Below are positions 8,753-18,040 of a stretch of 64,000 nt of DNA, one piece after another. The stretch is from a virus. Its lineage: Duplodnaviria; Caudoviricetes. The DNA is taken from positions 22,554 through 86,553 of IMG/VR virus record IMGVR_UViG_3300033120_000761; one strand, written 5' to 3'. Under the pieces are notes generated by a model. That model searched no databases. It was given only the letters and a program-made list of their open reading frames with translations, and was not told the origin of the DNA. Positions within the stretch are counted from its first letter, which is position 1. Each line of letters begins with the position of its first letter. The translations under genes were made by a program, and so were the position numbers.

Positions 8753-9370
8753 ATGTTAAAAAAGCTATTAAACAAATGGTTTGGTTGGTTCAAAGATGAG
8801 TTCAATCCGATCGAAGTAAAACCAATTGAAGCAAAGCCGGAAGTTATTCAACCTCCGATCAAAGAAGAAATTCCAGCTGAAGTAAAACCAGTAGAAGAAG
8901 TTAAGCCGATTGAGGTGAAACCAGAACCTGTTAAGCCCGCTCCTGTTGAGATTAAATTATCAGCATACGAGATTGCAAAAAAGGAAATGGGAGTATCTGA
9001 GATCGAAGGATCTAAGCACAATCCAAAAATTATTGATTACCATGCGACTACAAAAGGTAAGGCAACAACAGATGAGATCTCGTGGTGCTCGGCCTTTGTT
9101 AATTGGTGTTTTCTAAAGGCCGGAATTATCGGAACTAATGCGGCTAATGCTAGATCTTGGTTGAAGTGGGGAGTCGAAGTTAAGGAACCAAAAGAAGGTG
9201 ATGTCGTAGTTTTTTGGAGAAACAAAAAAGATTCTTGGGAAGGTCACGTAGCTTTCTTTGTTAGATTCGATGGAAACTATGTTGTTTGTCTTGGCGGTAA
9301 TCAGAGTAATAAAGTCTGTAAGGCAAATTACTTGAAGTCTCGCGTTCTAGGATATAGAAGAGAGAAATGA
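8753..9370 (+). CDS. TIGR02594-family NlpC/P60(CHAP)-like peptidoglycan hydrolase, putative endolysin
   Basis: AKKEMGVSEI...IIDYH...DEISWCSAFVNW...ARSWLKWG...GDVVVF...GHVAFF...LGGNQSNKV; N-terminal amphipathic helix plus EVKP-rich linker. Confidence 0.85.
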   Translation: MLKKLLNKWFGWFKDEFNPIEVKPIEAKPEVIQPPIKEEIPAEVKPVEEVKPIEVKPEPVKPAPVEIKLSAYEIAKKEMGVSEIEGSKHNPKIIDYHATTKGKATTDEISWCSAFVNWCFLKAGIIGTNAANARSWLKWGVEVKEPKEGDVVVFWRNKKDSWEGHVAFFVRFDGNYVVCLGGNQSNKVCKANYLKSRVLGYRREK

Positions 9371-9684
9371 ATCGTGAAATGAATAATTTTTTTGATAATA
9401 CTAAAAGGCTTTCACCGGATAAGCTAACGAAGGTTTTAGACATTCTTAACAATGCCTATTTTGCCCTAGAAACGAATCCGGTGACCTTAGCCGATGCTGA
9501 ACGAACCCTTTGTGACGAACCCCTTAAAATAGGGCAAGAACTCATTATAGAGGCCATAGAATCTTTACAAGATCTTGAATGTTCGGGACTAAATAAACTT
9601 GATGAGATGCTATACGATCTCTCAACCTCTATTAATAAAATCAACAGTCTTAAGATCGATGTCTCGGTCGTTGAAAGAAACTAA
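9367..9684 (+). CDS. hypothetical protein
   Basis: 105-aa ORF, ATGA overlap. Confidence 0.6.
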   Translation: MNREMNNFFDNTKRLSPDKLTKVLDILNNAYFALETNPVTLADAERTLCDEPLKIGQELIIEAIESLQDLECSGLNKLDEMLYDLSTSINKINSLKIDVSVVERN

Positions 9685-9710
9685 ATAAAATATTGAAATT
9701 CTCCATTTCG

Positions 9711-9740
9711 AATTATATAGAATTATATAAAATTATATAA
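9711..9740 (+). repeat. three tandem 10-bp repeats AATTATATA(G/A) in a promoter region
   Basis: AATTATATAG AATTATATAA AATTATATAA downstream of TTGAAA (9693-9698). Confidence 0.7.
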
Positions 9741-9764
9741 ATTTGGAATTGGAAATGGTGAATT

Positions 9765-10673
9765 ATGTTCGACAGTGAATCGGTAAAAATAAAAAGCAAA
9801 TTGGGCGATTTGCAAATATTAAGAGATAATCTTTATTCGAAACTCTTAGATATGCAGAGACTATCAGATGAGATCATGACTTCGTTTGATCAATTAGATG
9901 ATCAAAAACTCCCAGGATTTTTTTCTATCGACAGATGCTTTGCAATCGAAGATGGGCAGATATCAGAACAAATGCAAAAGGCCGATTCATTCTTATGGGA
10001 TATGGTTCTAAAAGAATCCGGAATTTTCAATATCGTATCTAGCGATTTAAAAGATAAGCTCAAAGAGAAATACAATTTTTATTCGATAGAACATAAGAGA
10101 AAAAGAAATAACGATAGAACCTACGATATCGAAGTTCCCATATTTTCATCAAAAGATGTCAGCAAAGTAATCGATGATATAGCAGCTAATCTACCATCTA
10201 TACGATCAGCATCACTAAAAGAAGTGTTTGATAAATTAAATCAAGCATTTTATCGAAGAGATAAACATGATCGCTCTAAAAATGAGCAACAATCAAAATT
10301 AAAGATAGAAAAGAAAATGAGATTTAATTATTTCTCTGATCTAGCGACGAATAAATATCCGAGCCTGTATGATTGGAGTAGGGATTACAATAGTCATGGG
10401 AATCCTAGAATATTTGGCGATCTAGAGAATGCTTTTAGGATGATTGATAACAAACAATGTTTTGGTATTGAGGATAGGGTTTGTACGCGAATGATAAACT
10501 TCTTTCTAAAGACATCATACGAGTCGGCAGAATTTCCTTTGATGTTTTCAACCGATTACTTTCAAATATTATTATTCAAGAAAGGAACAGTATTACTAAC
10601 ATTCAAAGATGATTCAAAAAAGTTATTAGACTTATTTAATAAATATTCAACGAATGGGAAAACATTAGCATGA
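9765..10673 (+). CDS. DUF4942-like protein
   Basis: helical N-terminus; C-terminal DLENAFRMID...YFQILLFKKGTVLLTFKD..LLDLFN pattern. Confidence 0.55.
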   Translation: MFDSESVKIKSKLGDLQILRDNLYSKLLDMQRLSDEIMTSFDQLDDQKLPGFFSIDRCFAIEDGQISEQMQKADSFLWDMVLKESGIFNIVSSDLKDKLKEKYNFYSIEHKRKRNNDRTYDIEVPIFSSKDVSKVIDDIAANLPSIRSASLKEVFDKLNQAFYRRDKHDRSKNEQQSKLKIEKKMRFNYFSDLATNKYPSLYDWSRDYNSHGNPRIFGDLENAFRMIDNKQCFGIEDRVCTRMINFFLKTSYESAEFPLMFSTDYFQILLFKKGTVLLTFKDDSKKLLDLFNKYSTNGKTLA

Positions 10674-10767
10674 TCTTAAAAGTTATTATAAAAAGAACTT
10701 GGGTTGAATTAATTACCTCTGTCGGTTTATTAGTATTCTGTAGCGCCATCATGGCATGGGGTAAATA

Positions 10768-11220
10768 ATGTTCAAATTATTATTCATGATCATAAGGACG
10801 CGCAGACTTCCAGATTATAAAATAAATGCCTATAGGTATGAATATGGTAACGCTCTTATGGAAGATAGATGGAAGATCCGATTATTTTCTAAATACGGTA
10901 GAACCTATTTCAGAACTTGGTACTCAATTGATTGCAGAATATTCAATCAATTGAAGGGAACGCATAGAATAGCACTTGATCCGTCTTACGCTAATGAATA
11001 TTATCCCGATAACCATTGGATTCAATTATTCGATTGTGCCTGCAATCCATTTCAATTGCAGAAATCTTGCTACTCGACAATAGATCGCAATATGTTCATG
11101 CAACTTATGGAAGCCCGATGCTACGACGAAGAAAGTGATCGAAATTCAACAAAAGTAAAAACCCTGGCATATCTTTGGTTGGAAGATGAAAAAGTAATTA
11201 GCCGAGTAATTTATAAATAG
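10768..11220 (+). CDS. hypothetical protein
   Basis: 150-aa ORF. Confidence 0.65.
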   Translation: MFKLLFMIIRTRRLPDYKINAYRYEYGNALMEDRWKIRLFSKYGRTYFRTWYSIDCRIFNQLKGTHRIALDPSYANEYYPDNHWIQLFDCACNPFQLQKSCYSTIDRNMFMQLMEARCYDEESDRNSTKVKTLAYLWLEDEKVISRVIYK

Positions 11221-11229
11221 GAGAATGCG

Positions 11230-11787
11230 ATGTTTGGATTTACGCAGAAATATAAAGATGAGATAACCGATCTTAAAGCGGCCATTGAATATAAAAAGGG
11301 TGCCGTCGATACCCTAAAAAAAGAAAATGATAATCTTAGATCAGATAAGAAAAATATAGAGCATAAGTTTGAACTTAAAGTTAATGAGATCGCAGATCTC
11401 AAAATTGCGGCAGCTAAATTAAAAGCAGAGAATGAAAAATTATCAAAAGATAAAGAAACATTCGAAGGTCAATATGATTCTGTGATTAAAAAACTAAAAA
11501 CAGATGCGGCAGAGATGGAAGATAAATTAAGATCAGAGCTTAGAATCGCCAACATCGAAATCAAGAAATACCGAGAAGATAATAAAGAGCAGATCGATAA
11601 AGAAATTAATAAAATCAAAACAGATATTCTGACTGCTGATAAAAAAGATAAGCATGACATCATGATGGCATTGGCCGGAAGAACCGTGATCAAAGAAGAG
11701 GGAAAAGTAGCAATCAATAATTCACCTCATTTTGATGCCCCTAGAAATGTTGGATATGACGATCGTAATCGCCACGGAAGATACTAA
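11230..11787 (+). CDS. coiled-coil hypothetical protein
   Basis: 185-aa K/E-rich heptads, AGGAG RBS. Confidence 0.7.
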   Translation: MFGFTQKYKDEITDLKAAIEYKKGAVDTLKKENDNLRSDKKNIEHKFELKVNEIADLKIAAAKLKAENEKLSKDKETFEGQYDSVIKKLKTDAAEMEDKLRSELRIANIEIKKYREDNKEQIDKEINKIKTDILTADKKDKHDIMMALAGRTVIKEEGKVAINNSPHFDAPRNVGYDDRNRHGRY

Positions 11788-12122
11788 TGGAAAACGAAAT
11801 CAATTCAGACATCACAGAGATTCTAAAAGAGCTTAAAGATCGATTAGACCTTTCTAATACCCCTAAGAAGGGAAACCTCTATCATAAGGCCTATAAGGTG
11901 ATTGAGGCAGATACCACGCTTAATGGATTACCTACAGCCGAGAGAGCGTATCATCTCTGTATCGTGAAAGGAGTTCCCGAGAATGAAGCCATTCTGAAAG
12001 AGCGTGAATTTTTAATTCGACAAACAAGAATGATTGATCATAAAGGTAATGTTCATAAGGTTTATCCGGGAGGAAAGAAGATCAAGCCCAAGCAGAGCCA
12101 ATTCGGAAAGAAATATTTCTAA
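11787..12122 (+). CDS. hypothetical protein
   Basis: 111-aa ORF, TAATG overlap. Confidence 0.65.
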   Translation: MENEINSDITEILKELKDRLDLSNTPKKGNLYHKAYKVIEADTTLNGLPTAERAYHLCIVKGVPENEAILKEREFLIRQTRMIDHKGNVHKVYPGGKKIKPKQSQFGKKYF

Positions 12123-12472
12123 TTACAATAATTCATATTATACCAGTGATCTCGCTCTTCAGGAGTTGGGTCACGGTATCCCGTTATTTTAAAATCATCC
12201 TCTCTGAATATAATATCCATCTCATTCGATAATCTTTCATTGGCAGGTTTGAATCCCTTCTGATGTAATTTCTCAATCATCTTTCTAGTCTTGCTTTTAT
12301 TATTAGTTTCAGGATTAGAGATAATAAAATTTTGAAGTGTCTTAGGCGCTATTCCAAGTTTTTCAGCGGCCAGGACTCTATTATAACCACACATCATTAG
12401 AACATAATTTATATGATTAGTTTTCACGGACTCTAGAGTTTCAATGATAATTTCTGTGTTTGGGTTATTCAT
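12119..12472 (-). CDS. Fis-family (HTH_8) helix-turn-helix regulator
   Basis: LESVKTNHINYVLMMCGYNRVLAAEKLGIAPKTLQNFI matches the Fis/NtrC C-terminal HTH; fills the gap between + strand operons. Confidence 0.75.
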   Translation of the reverse strand: MNNPNTEIIIETLESVKTNHINYVLMMCGYNRVLAAEKLGIAPKTLQNFIISNPETNNKSKTRKMIEKLHQKGFKPANERLSNEMDIIFREDDFKITGYRDPTPEERDHWYNMNYCN

Positions 12473-12513
12473 ACTAACAGGTTAACGAATAAAAAATAAA
12501 AGATCAATCTCAC

Positions 12514-12543
12514 TTGAATTATCTTACTAAAAAGATATATCAT
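12514..12543 (+). promoter_or_regulatory. sigma70-like promoter, divergent from the Fis-like gene
   Basis: TTGAAT-N18-TATCAT upstream of 12570. Confidence 0.4.
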
Positions 12544-12569
12544 CTTTGAAAATTGAATAGGAATTGGAA

Positions 12570-13082
12570 ATGGCAGTAAATAGAAAACCAGATTGGGCGA
12601 TACACAGTCCCGATGACGAGTTTGTAGTGGCCGCTTACATCAGCGAGAACTCAACAGCTAAGATATCTTTTGTTAAATTTATTTTATTCAAACGAGGTAA
12701 AGCGATCAGAAGATTAGGTGAAGCGCATATTATCTTGGCGACTAAAAGATATCTCAGACGAATGAATGAGGCGAATCTGGTAGGGCCAGTAAATAAAATC
12801 GTAATTAACAACATGAAAGATATTCCTGATTATAAAGAAGTTAAGATCCTGGAGATTATTAAATTAAAGAAAGGCAGCAGAGGAAAAGGTTTAGCAAAAA
12901 CTTTCTTAGATGGAATAGAACAATATAATTCTCAACCAACTTTTTTATATTGTCATGCCTTCGATGATGATGAAGAAACGACTGAGCAAGATAATTTATT
13001 ACTTCAGATGAAATATCATCGATTGGGTTTTAACTTGATCGATAAGACTTGTGTAATGTGGAGAGATAAATCAGATGTTTAA
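12570..13082 (+). CDS. GNAT-family acetyltransferase-like protein
   Basis: SRGKGLAKTFL acetyl-CoA motif A and YHRLGF motif B. Confidence 0.65.
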   Translation: MAVNRKPDWAIHSPDDEFVVAAYISENSTAKISFVKFILFKRGKAIRRLGEAHIILATKRYLRRMNEANLVGPVNKIVINNMKDIPDYKEVKILEIIKLKKGSRGKGLAKTFLDGIEQYNSQPTFLYCHAFDDDEETTEQDNLLLQMKYHRLGFNLIDKTCVMWRDKSDV

Positions 13083-13293
13083 TTTTAAGAATGTAACAAA
13101 GCTAGGGCAGTTGATTATCACGGGCGCTATAGATGCCTGTCAGACCAATGGATATGAGATCGAGGGATATGAAATTTATCACGATGAAATAGTCATGATC
13201 ATTCATCCTCATAAAGTTCCCAAGACTAAAGAGAATGAAATGAGATACGCAATCCAATTGGATAAGAATTTAAAAATAGTAGAGGGATTATGA
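13075..13293 (+). CDS. hypothetical protein
   Basis: 72-aa ORF. Confidence 0.55.
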   Translation: MFNFKNVTKLGQLIITGAIDACQTNGYEIEGYEIYHDEIVMIIHPHKVPKTKENEMRYAIQLDKNLKIVEGL

Positions 13294-13847
13294 TCACGTC
13301 TGAGGTTAAACCTAAGAAGATCAGAAAATCTCAATCGATGCTTGATAACCCTTATCTCGTCGGCCCTAAAGTTGATCTATCTGATCGACCAAAAAAGATC
13401 GTTCTGAAAAAATCATTTCACGTATTTCAGGCCGGAAAAGAATGGCTCGGTAAAAAGTATGAACACGTTCACGAAGAGTTCAACTTTATGGATATCTTCG
13501 CATTTAATGTTGAGGGTGAATGCTGTGAGTTAGAAGTCAAGATGGCAGACTACGATTTCTATAAAGAGAGGACTAGAGATGCGAAAGTATTCAAGCACAC
13601 CTCGTATAAAGCAGATGATATCTTCTGCCCTAATTATTTTTATTTTCTAGTTCCAAGATCTACCGTGAAGAAAGCTCTGAGAACGGTAGAGGCTTATTTT
13701 CCTAGATACGGAGTCATAGAATATTGCGATAGCGCTGGTTTGATAATTCATAAAGAGTCAGAAAAACTAACAGATCGAATCTACAGGGGTGAACTCCTGG
13801 AATATAAATACCGAGATCGTAAGCATACTTTTTATTCAAAGATTTAA
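13290..13847 (+). CDS. MmcB-like PD-(D/E)XK nuclease-fold protein
   Basis: DIFAF...ELEVK..DYDF..E...K...NYFYFLVP...YGVI pattern. Confidence 0.6.
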   Translation: MITSEVKPKKIRKSQSMLDNPYLVGPKVDLSDRPKKIVLKKSFHVFQAGKEWLGKKYEHVHEEFNFMDIFAFNVEGECCELEVKMADYDFYKERTRDAKVFKHTSYKADDIFCPNYFYFLVPRSTVKKALRTVEAYFPRYGVIEYCDSAGLIIHKESEKLTDRIYRGELLEYKYRDRKHTFYSKI

Positions 13848-13932
13848 TTTTTCCTTTTCAATCCCAAATATTTTAATATACCATTTCTGTATCAAATTAT
13901 TTTTTAGCTAAATATGTAGCGGGATTAGAATT

Positions 13933-14295
13933 ATGTCTAAGAAAATGTCAAAGGCTCAGGCCATAACTCTTATCGATAAAAACCCTATCAGAGATATTGA
14001 ATGTGAAAAGTTCGAGTCAGGATATGTTGTAACTTTTGTTATTGGTAAGGCTAAAGATTTTCCAAATAGAACAAAAAAATACATCTCTTCGATGGGGCCG
14101 TTTATCCGAATGATGAGAATCAAACGAGGATATTCACAAAAGGGATTCGGAAGATATTCTGGATTCTCTCCATCAACTCTAAAATATATAGAGGAAGGAA
14201 AATCTGAACCAGTATTCGGATCGGTAATGAATATCTTTGAAGCACTAGAAGTAACAATGCAAGACTTTATAAACTACGTGGAGAAACAAAAATGA
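13933..14295 (+). CDS. XRE-family HTH regulator
   Basis: IRMMRIKRGYSQKGFGRYSGFSPSTLKYIEEGKSEP. Confidence 0.85.
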   Translation: MSKKMSKAQAITLIDKNPIRDIECEKFESGYVVTFVIGKAKDFPNRTKKYISSMGPFIRMMRIKRGYSQKGFGRYSGFSPSTLKYIEEGKSEPVFGSVMNIFEALEVTMQDFINYVEKQK

Positions 14296-14867
14296 AATGT
14301 GTAATCTCAGGAATGGAAACAAATAATAAATGGAAAGGCACTCCTATCGCTAAAGAATTTATGGAAGCGGCAAAAGAGCTTCGCGCGGATAGAAAATTTC
14401 TAACGATCAGAGAATCGCTACAAGAAGTTCAAAAGCAATTTAATAGAGACTTCGTAAAGTACCAAGCTGATAAAATTAAAGCTAAAAATGCTGAAGGTAA
14501 ATCTTCCGTTGAATTGACGAAGCAGGGAATTGATATGGTATGGGCGCAAGTCATTCAATCATTCCAATTACCGAACACGATTAAATTGAATAGAGAGAAA
14601 AGAGAAATGTCTCTAGACGCTCTTGCTAAGATCTCAGGTATTTCAGAAGAAACATTAACTGAAATGGAAGCGGGAGAACTGGCAATCTCTACTGAAAATG
14701 CAATCGAGATTATGAAGGCAATGAGCATCACTTACGAATCGATTAGCGATATCGTAACTAAGACAAAAGAAATCGAAGCAAAGAAAGAAGAGGATCGTAT
14801 TGCAGAAGAGGCATTAATGATTAAAACTCCGGCAGAAGTCGATGAGAACATACCACAACAAGGATAG
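14292..14867 (+). CDS. XRE-family HTH regulator
   Basis: IKLNREKREMSLDALAKISGISEETLTEMEAGE. Confidence 0.8.
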   Translation: MKCVISGMETNNKWKGTPIAKEFMEAAKELRADRKFLTIRESLQEVQKQFNRDFVKYQADKIKAKNAEGKSSVELTKQGIDMVWAQVIQSFQLPNTIKLNREKREMSLDALAKISGISEETLTEMEAGELAISTENAIEIMKAMSITYESISDIVTKTKEIEAKKEEDRIAEEALMIKTPAEVDENIPQQG

Positions 14868-14998
14868 GTTATGAAGGCACTAAAATTAGCAGAAGTGACA
14901 CCAGATAAAGAAGTCATGGTAGAAGAGATCAGAAAAGTTACAAAGGCAGCGACATTAGAAGAAACGTATATTAAGAAACCAGAATCTAAAGGAAAGAA

Positions 14999-15448
14999 AT
15001 GAAACCGATCAAAACAATTATCGTAGATCTAGATGGGACTCTTGCCCTTTGTGATCATCGCCGTCACTTCGTTGAGAATGTAAAACCGGATTGGGATTCA
15101 TTCTTAGAGGCTTGTGATAAAGATGAGCCTAATAAGCCGTTAATCGAGCTTCTACATCGTTTAGATGAGAGCGACGATATCATCATCAGGATTTTCTCAG
15201 GGCGCTCAGAATCGGTAAAGGGTAAGACTATCGATTGGCTTAAGAAACACGATATTCCCTACTACTCATTGACCATGAGAAAAGAGGGAGATTACAGGCC
15301 CGATGAGATTGTTAAAGAGCAGTGGCTAGATGAATTACTTCATAAGGGTCATGAGATCCTATGCTGTTTTGATGATCGCGTTAAGGTTTGCGAGATGTGG
15401 AGAAGGCGCGGACTCTTATGTAATCAGGTAGCTATCGGTAACTTTTGA
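14999..15448 (+). CDS. HAD-superfamily phosphatase (polynucleotide kinase 3'-phosphatase domain-like)
   Basis: DLDGTLA motif I, FSGR motif II, MR..GDYRPD..VK, FDDR; no kinase domain. Confidence 0.85.
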   Translation: MKPIKTIIVDLDGTLALCDHRRHFVENVKPDWDSFLEACDKDEPNKPLIELLHRLDESDDIIIRIFSGRSESVKGKTIDWLKKHDIPYYSLTMRKEGDYRPDEIVKEQWLDELLHKGHEILCCFDDRVKVCEMWRRRGLLCNQVAIGNF

Positions 15449-15765
15449 AAATAATAACTAAGAAGATTTATATTTTACACAAGCGCGGCTTAACTGATAG
15501 GGCTATAGGCAGGAAACTACATATTCATCATAGAACAAGGGATGATAAACCTATTCCAGAATACAAACAAGGTAATGGCCCGATGTCTTTAGATGTTCTT
15601 AGAATGCGAATCAATTCTGAATTTAGAGATAAATTTAAAGAACACCAAGACAGTATGTATGCTCTAGAAATTAAGAATAAGAAATTAGAATATGAAAACC
15701 AAACACTGAGAAATGCTATATTAATCGTTTCTCCGCAAACACCGGATAAGGATCACCATCAATGA
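15445..15765 (+). CDS. hypothetical protein, possible N-terminal HTH
   Basis: LHKRGLTDRAIGRKLHIHHRT; TTG start. Confidence 0.5.
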   Translation: MKIITKKIYILHKRGLTDRAIGRKLHIHHRTRDDKPIPEYKQGNGPMSLDVLRMRINSEFRDKFKEHQDSMYALEIKNKKLEYENQTLRNAILIVSPQTPDKDHHQ

Positions 15766-16424
15766 AAATTTCAGATGTAAAAGTAGATGATTGTTTTTAT
15801 TTTATTAATAAGGTCGATAATACCAGAGAGTATTTAAGAGTATTAATTTGGAATCCTAAAGATGGTTGCGTATGCCAATTGAATGAATCTCATTATTGCG
15901 CGGTAAATGATAATCAACTATCTGCCATTGAAACATTTGAATCTTATACAAGAGTGTCTATGGAAGATTATAAGGTCGCCATGGATATGTATTGGGGATC
16001 TAGAGAAGATTCTCCAATAAACAGATATGAGAATGCCCAGGAACTTATTGATTCATTTTATGAAGACGATGATGATGGAATGAATGATAACGATCCTTTT
16101 ACTGTAGAAGTAGATCGAGATACTAAGGATACAAAGGTCACTATGGAAAACGGTAAATCAGAAGTCATTCCTTTTGAAGATGGATCTGAAGGATCTTTAA
16201 TGGCCATCAAGGTATCAAGAATGCAGCTCATCTTTTATAAAAACGATGGGAGAGTTCCCTCTAAGGAATTACTAGCAGATATCGAGGCGTTAGATTACAT
16301 TGTAGATGCCCCAACAGTCACAGAGAAGAACTTGAGGGCAGAGCAATTTTTCTCCGTCATAGATCTTTTACATGAGCCTCGTAAAGTAGCTCAAAAACTC
16401 AGAAGAGATAAAGTGTGGAAGTAA
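15762..16424 (+). CDS. hypothetical protein
   Basis: 220-aa ORF. Confidence 0.7.
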   Translation: MKISDVKVDDCFYFINKVDNTREYLRVLIWNPKDGCVCQLNESHYCAVNDNQLSAIETFESYTRVSMEDYKVAMDMYWGSREDSPINRYENAQELIDSFYEDDDDGMNDNDPFTVEVDRDTKDTKVTMENGKSEVIPFEDGSEGSLMAIKVSRMQLIFYKNDGRVPSKELLADIEALDYIVDAPTVTEKNLRAEQFFSVIDLLHEPRKVAQKLRRDKVWK

Positions 16425-16945
16425 CATCTTTCTTTCCTGAAAAATGGGAAATCATTAATGATTTGGATTGGGAGTTGTCTCGCGCAACTTATGCCAAGGC
16501 AGTCAAAGAAGATTTATCCGCAAAGATGTTTCAGGGGATAAGACTTCTTAAGTGGTATGATTCTGAGACAGGCGAGAATAGCGTGGTTGTTCATTCTATG
16601 GCGTGCTGTGATATCGAAGGTAAATTTAGTGTAGCGATCTATCGACCAGAGCTTAAGGAAAAGTCATTTTTTGAAAAAATAAAGCAATTTTTTAGAGGAT
16701 CGATAATGGAAGCAGACACAATAGTAGCGCACAATAGAAAACATAATGTTTTCGTTACAAAAATTCGCAAAGGTCAGGTCATTGAACTTGAAACAATCGA
16801 TGGTATTATTAGAATTGGGATCTCAAATAGTAACCCTAACCCTATGAGTTCTATTTTTATAAGATCAGATAAAAAATTAAAAGCAACATTATCAGAGGAT
16901 ACAAGCAAATGGGCAACAGAATCGAAACACCCTCAGAACTCTTAA
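16415..16945 (+). CDS. hypothetical protein
   Basis: 176-aa ORF, GTG start. Confidence 0.6.
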   Translation: MEVTSFFPEKWEIINDLDWELSRATYAKAVKEDLSAKMFQGIRLLKWYDSETGENSVVVHSMACCDIEGKFSVAIYRPELKEKSFFEKIKQFFRGSIMEADTIVAHNRKHNVFVTKIRKGQVIELETIDGIIRIGISNSNPNPMSSIFIRSDKKLKATLSEDTSKWATESKHPQNS

Positions 16946-17418
16946 CTTTAATAGATAGAGAGATGAAAAATTTAGAGGGTGAATTAAATGATCATCCCTT
17001 CTTAAGAGAATACGTTAATCTCGATTCGATCAGCAGAGAATTAAAAACTGAGATCGCCCATCAAGCAATGAAAGCTGGATTCTCTATGCGAGTACCGATT
17101 GGAAGATTGAGAGATTTTAAATTTTTAAAAGCAGAGTCGTTTGAATTTTTTGAGGCTAACCCAAACTCATTAGATCAGAAGAGAATGGAAGTTTTAAAAT
17201 TTAAAAATTTCTATATGAGATGGGCTAAAAATTTAATCGCAGAACTTAATAAAGCTAAGTTACAAAATAGATGGTCATGGATGCAAATTAAACCCGTGGC
17301 CCAAGCATTGGCAGATCTTGAAATGAATGCTCCAAAGAAAGAAGAATCGAAAGGGTTCTCATTTAAGCTTCTTACTCTTGCAGAGAATGAAGATATGATT
17401 GAAAGGAAATTTTCGTGA
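16909..17418 (+). CDS. hypothetical protein
   Basis: 169-aa ORF; start uncertain. Confidence 0.6.
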   Translation: MGNRIETPSELLTLIDREMKNLEGELNDHPFLREYVNLDSISRELKTEIAHQAMKAGFSMRVPIGRLRDFKFLKAESFEFFEANPNSLDQKRMEVLKFKNFYMRWAKNLIAELNKAKLQNRWSWMQIKPVAQALADLEMNAPKKEESKGFSFKLLTLAENEDMIERKFS

Positions 17419-18029
17419 ATCCAGATTTATCTCAAGAAGTAGATATTATTTTGACAAGACCTAAGAATGTTTTCTTGCCCATATTCTCATGGTTGATTAG
17501 ATTATTTACTTGGTCTAAATCTTCTCATAGTTTATATTTTTTTAAAGACGATCCTATTTGGGACAATAGAGTTTTTGAAATTCATTTTAATAATCCAAGA
17601 TTTATTAATGAAGGATATCTAACTAGAAGCGTTCATATCTTAGCAAGATACAGATTAAATATTACTCCAAGATCTTATCAGATGCTAAAATGTAGGGCCG
17701 TAAATTGGGCTAAGAATGAGACGAAAGGATATTTACCTAGATTAATCGGTGTAGCAATTGCTAAGATCGGTGGTAAGATTTTTAATACAAAATTTGGAAA
17801 TCCTATAAAGCTTGGTCATGCTCAGATGTGCTCTGAATATATCTTCAAAGATCTTATGATGAGCATTTATATGCACCCTATGGTTTCTACTTACTGGGCA
17901 GACAGGTTGAGAAATAGTGATACCTTTACTCCAAAAGAGTTAGAGGCATTTCTAGATTATTGTTGTGATCTTCAGCGCAAGCATTCTCAGGGAGATCTTG
18001 GCGTGATGAGTATTAAAAAAATTATCTAA
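17415..18029 (+). CDS. permuted papain-like (YiiX/YebB NlpC/P60) cysteine hydrolase
   Basis: His before Cys arrangement: SKSSHSLY ... QMCSEY. Confidence 0.55.
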   Translation: MNPDLSQEVDIILTRPKNVFLPIFSWLIRLFTWSKSSHSLYFFKDDPIWDNRVFEIHFNNPRFINEGYLTRSVHILARYRLNITPRSYQMLKCRAVNWAKNETKGYLPRLIGVAIAKIGGKIFNTKFGNPIKLGHAQMCSEYIFKDLMMSIYMHPMVSTYWADRLRNSDTFTPKELEAFLDYCCDLQRKHSQGDLGVMSIKKII

Positions 18030-18040
18030 GTGAAAATAAA

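Noticed and set aside
8800-8950. EVKP repeats as a DNA tandem-repeat or contingency locus
   Set aside because: Repeats are degenerate at the nucleotide level and best explained as a proline-rich protein linker
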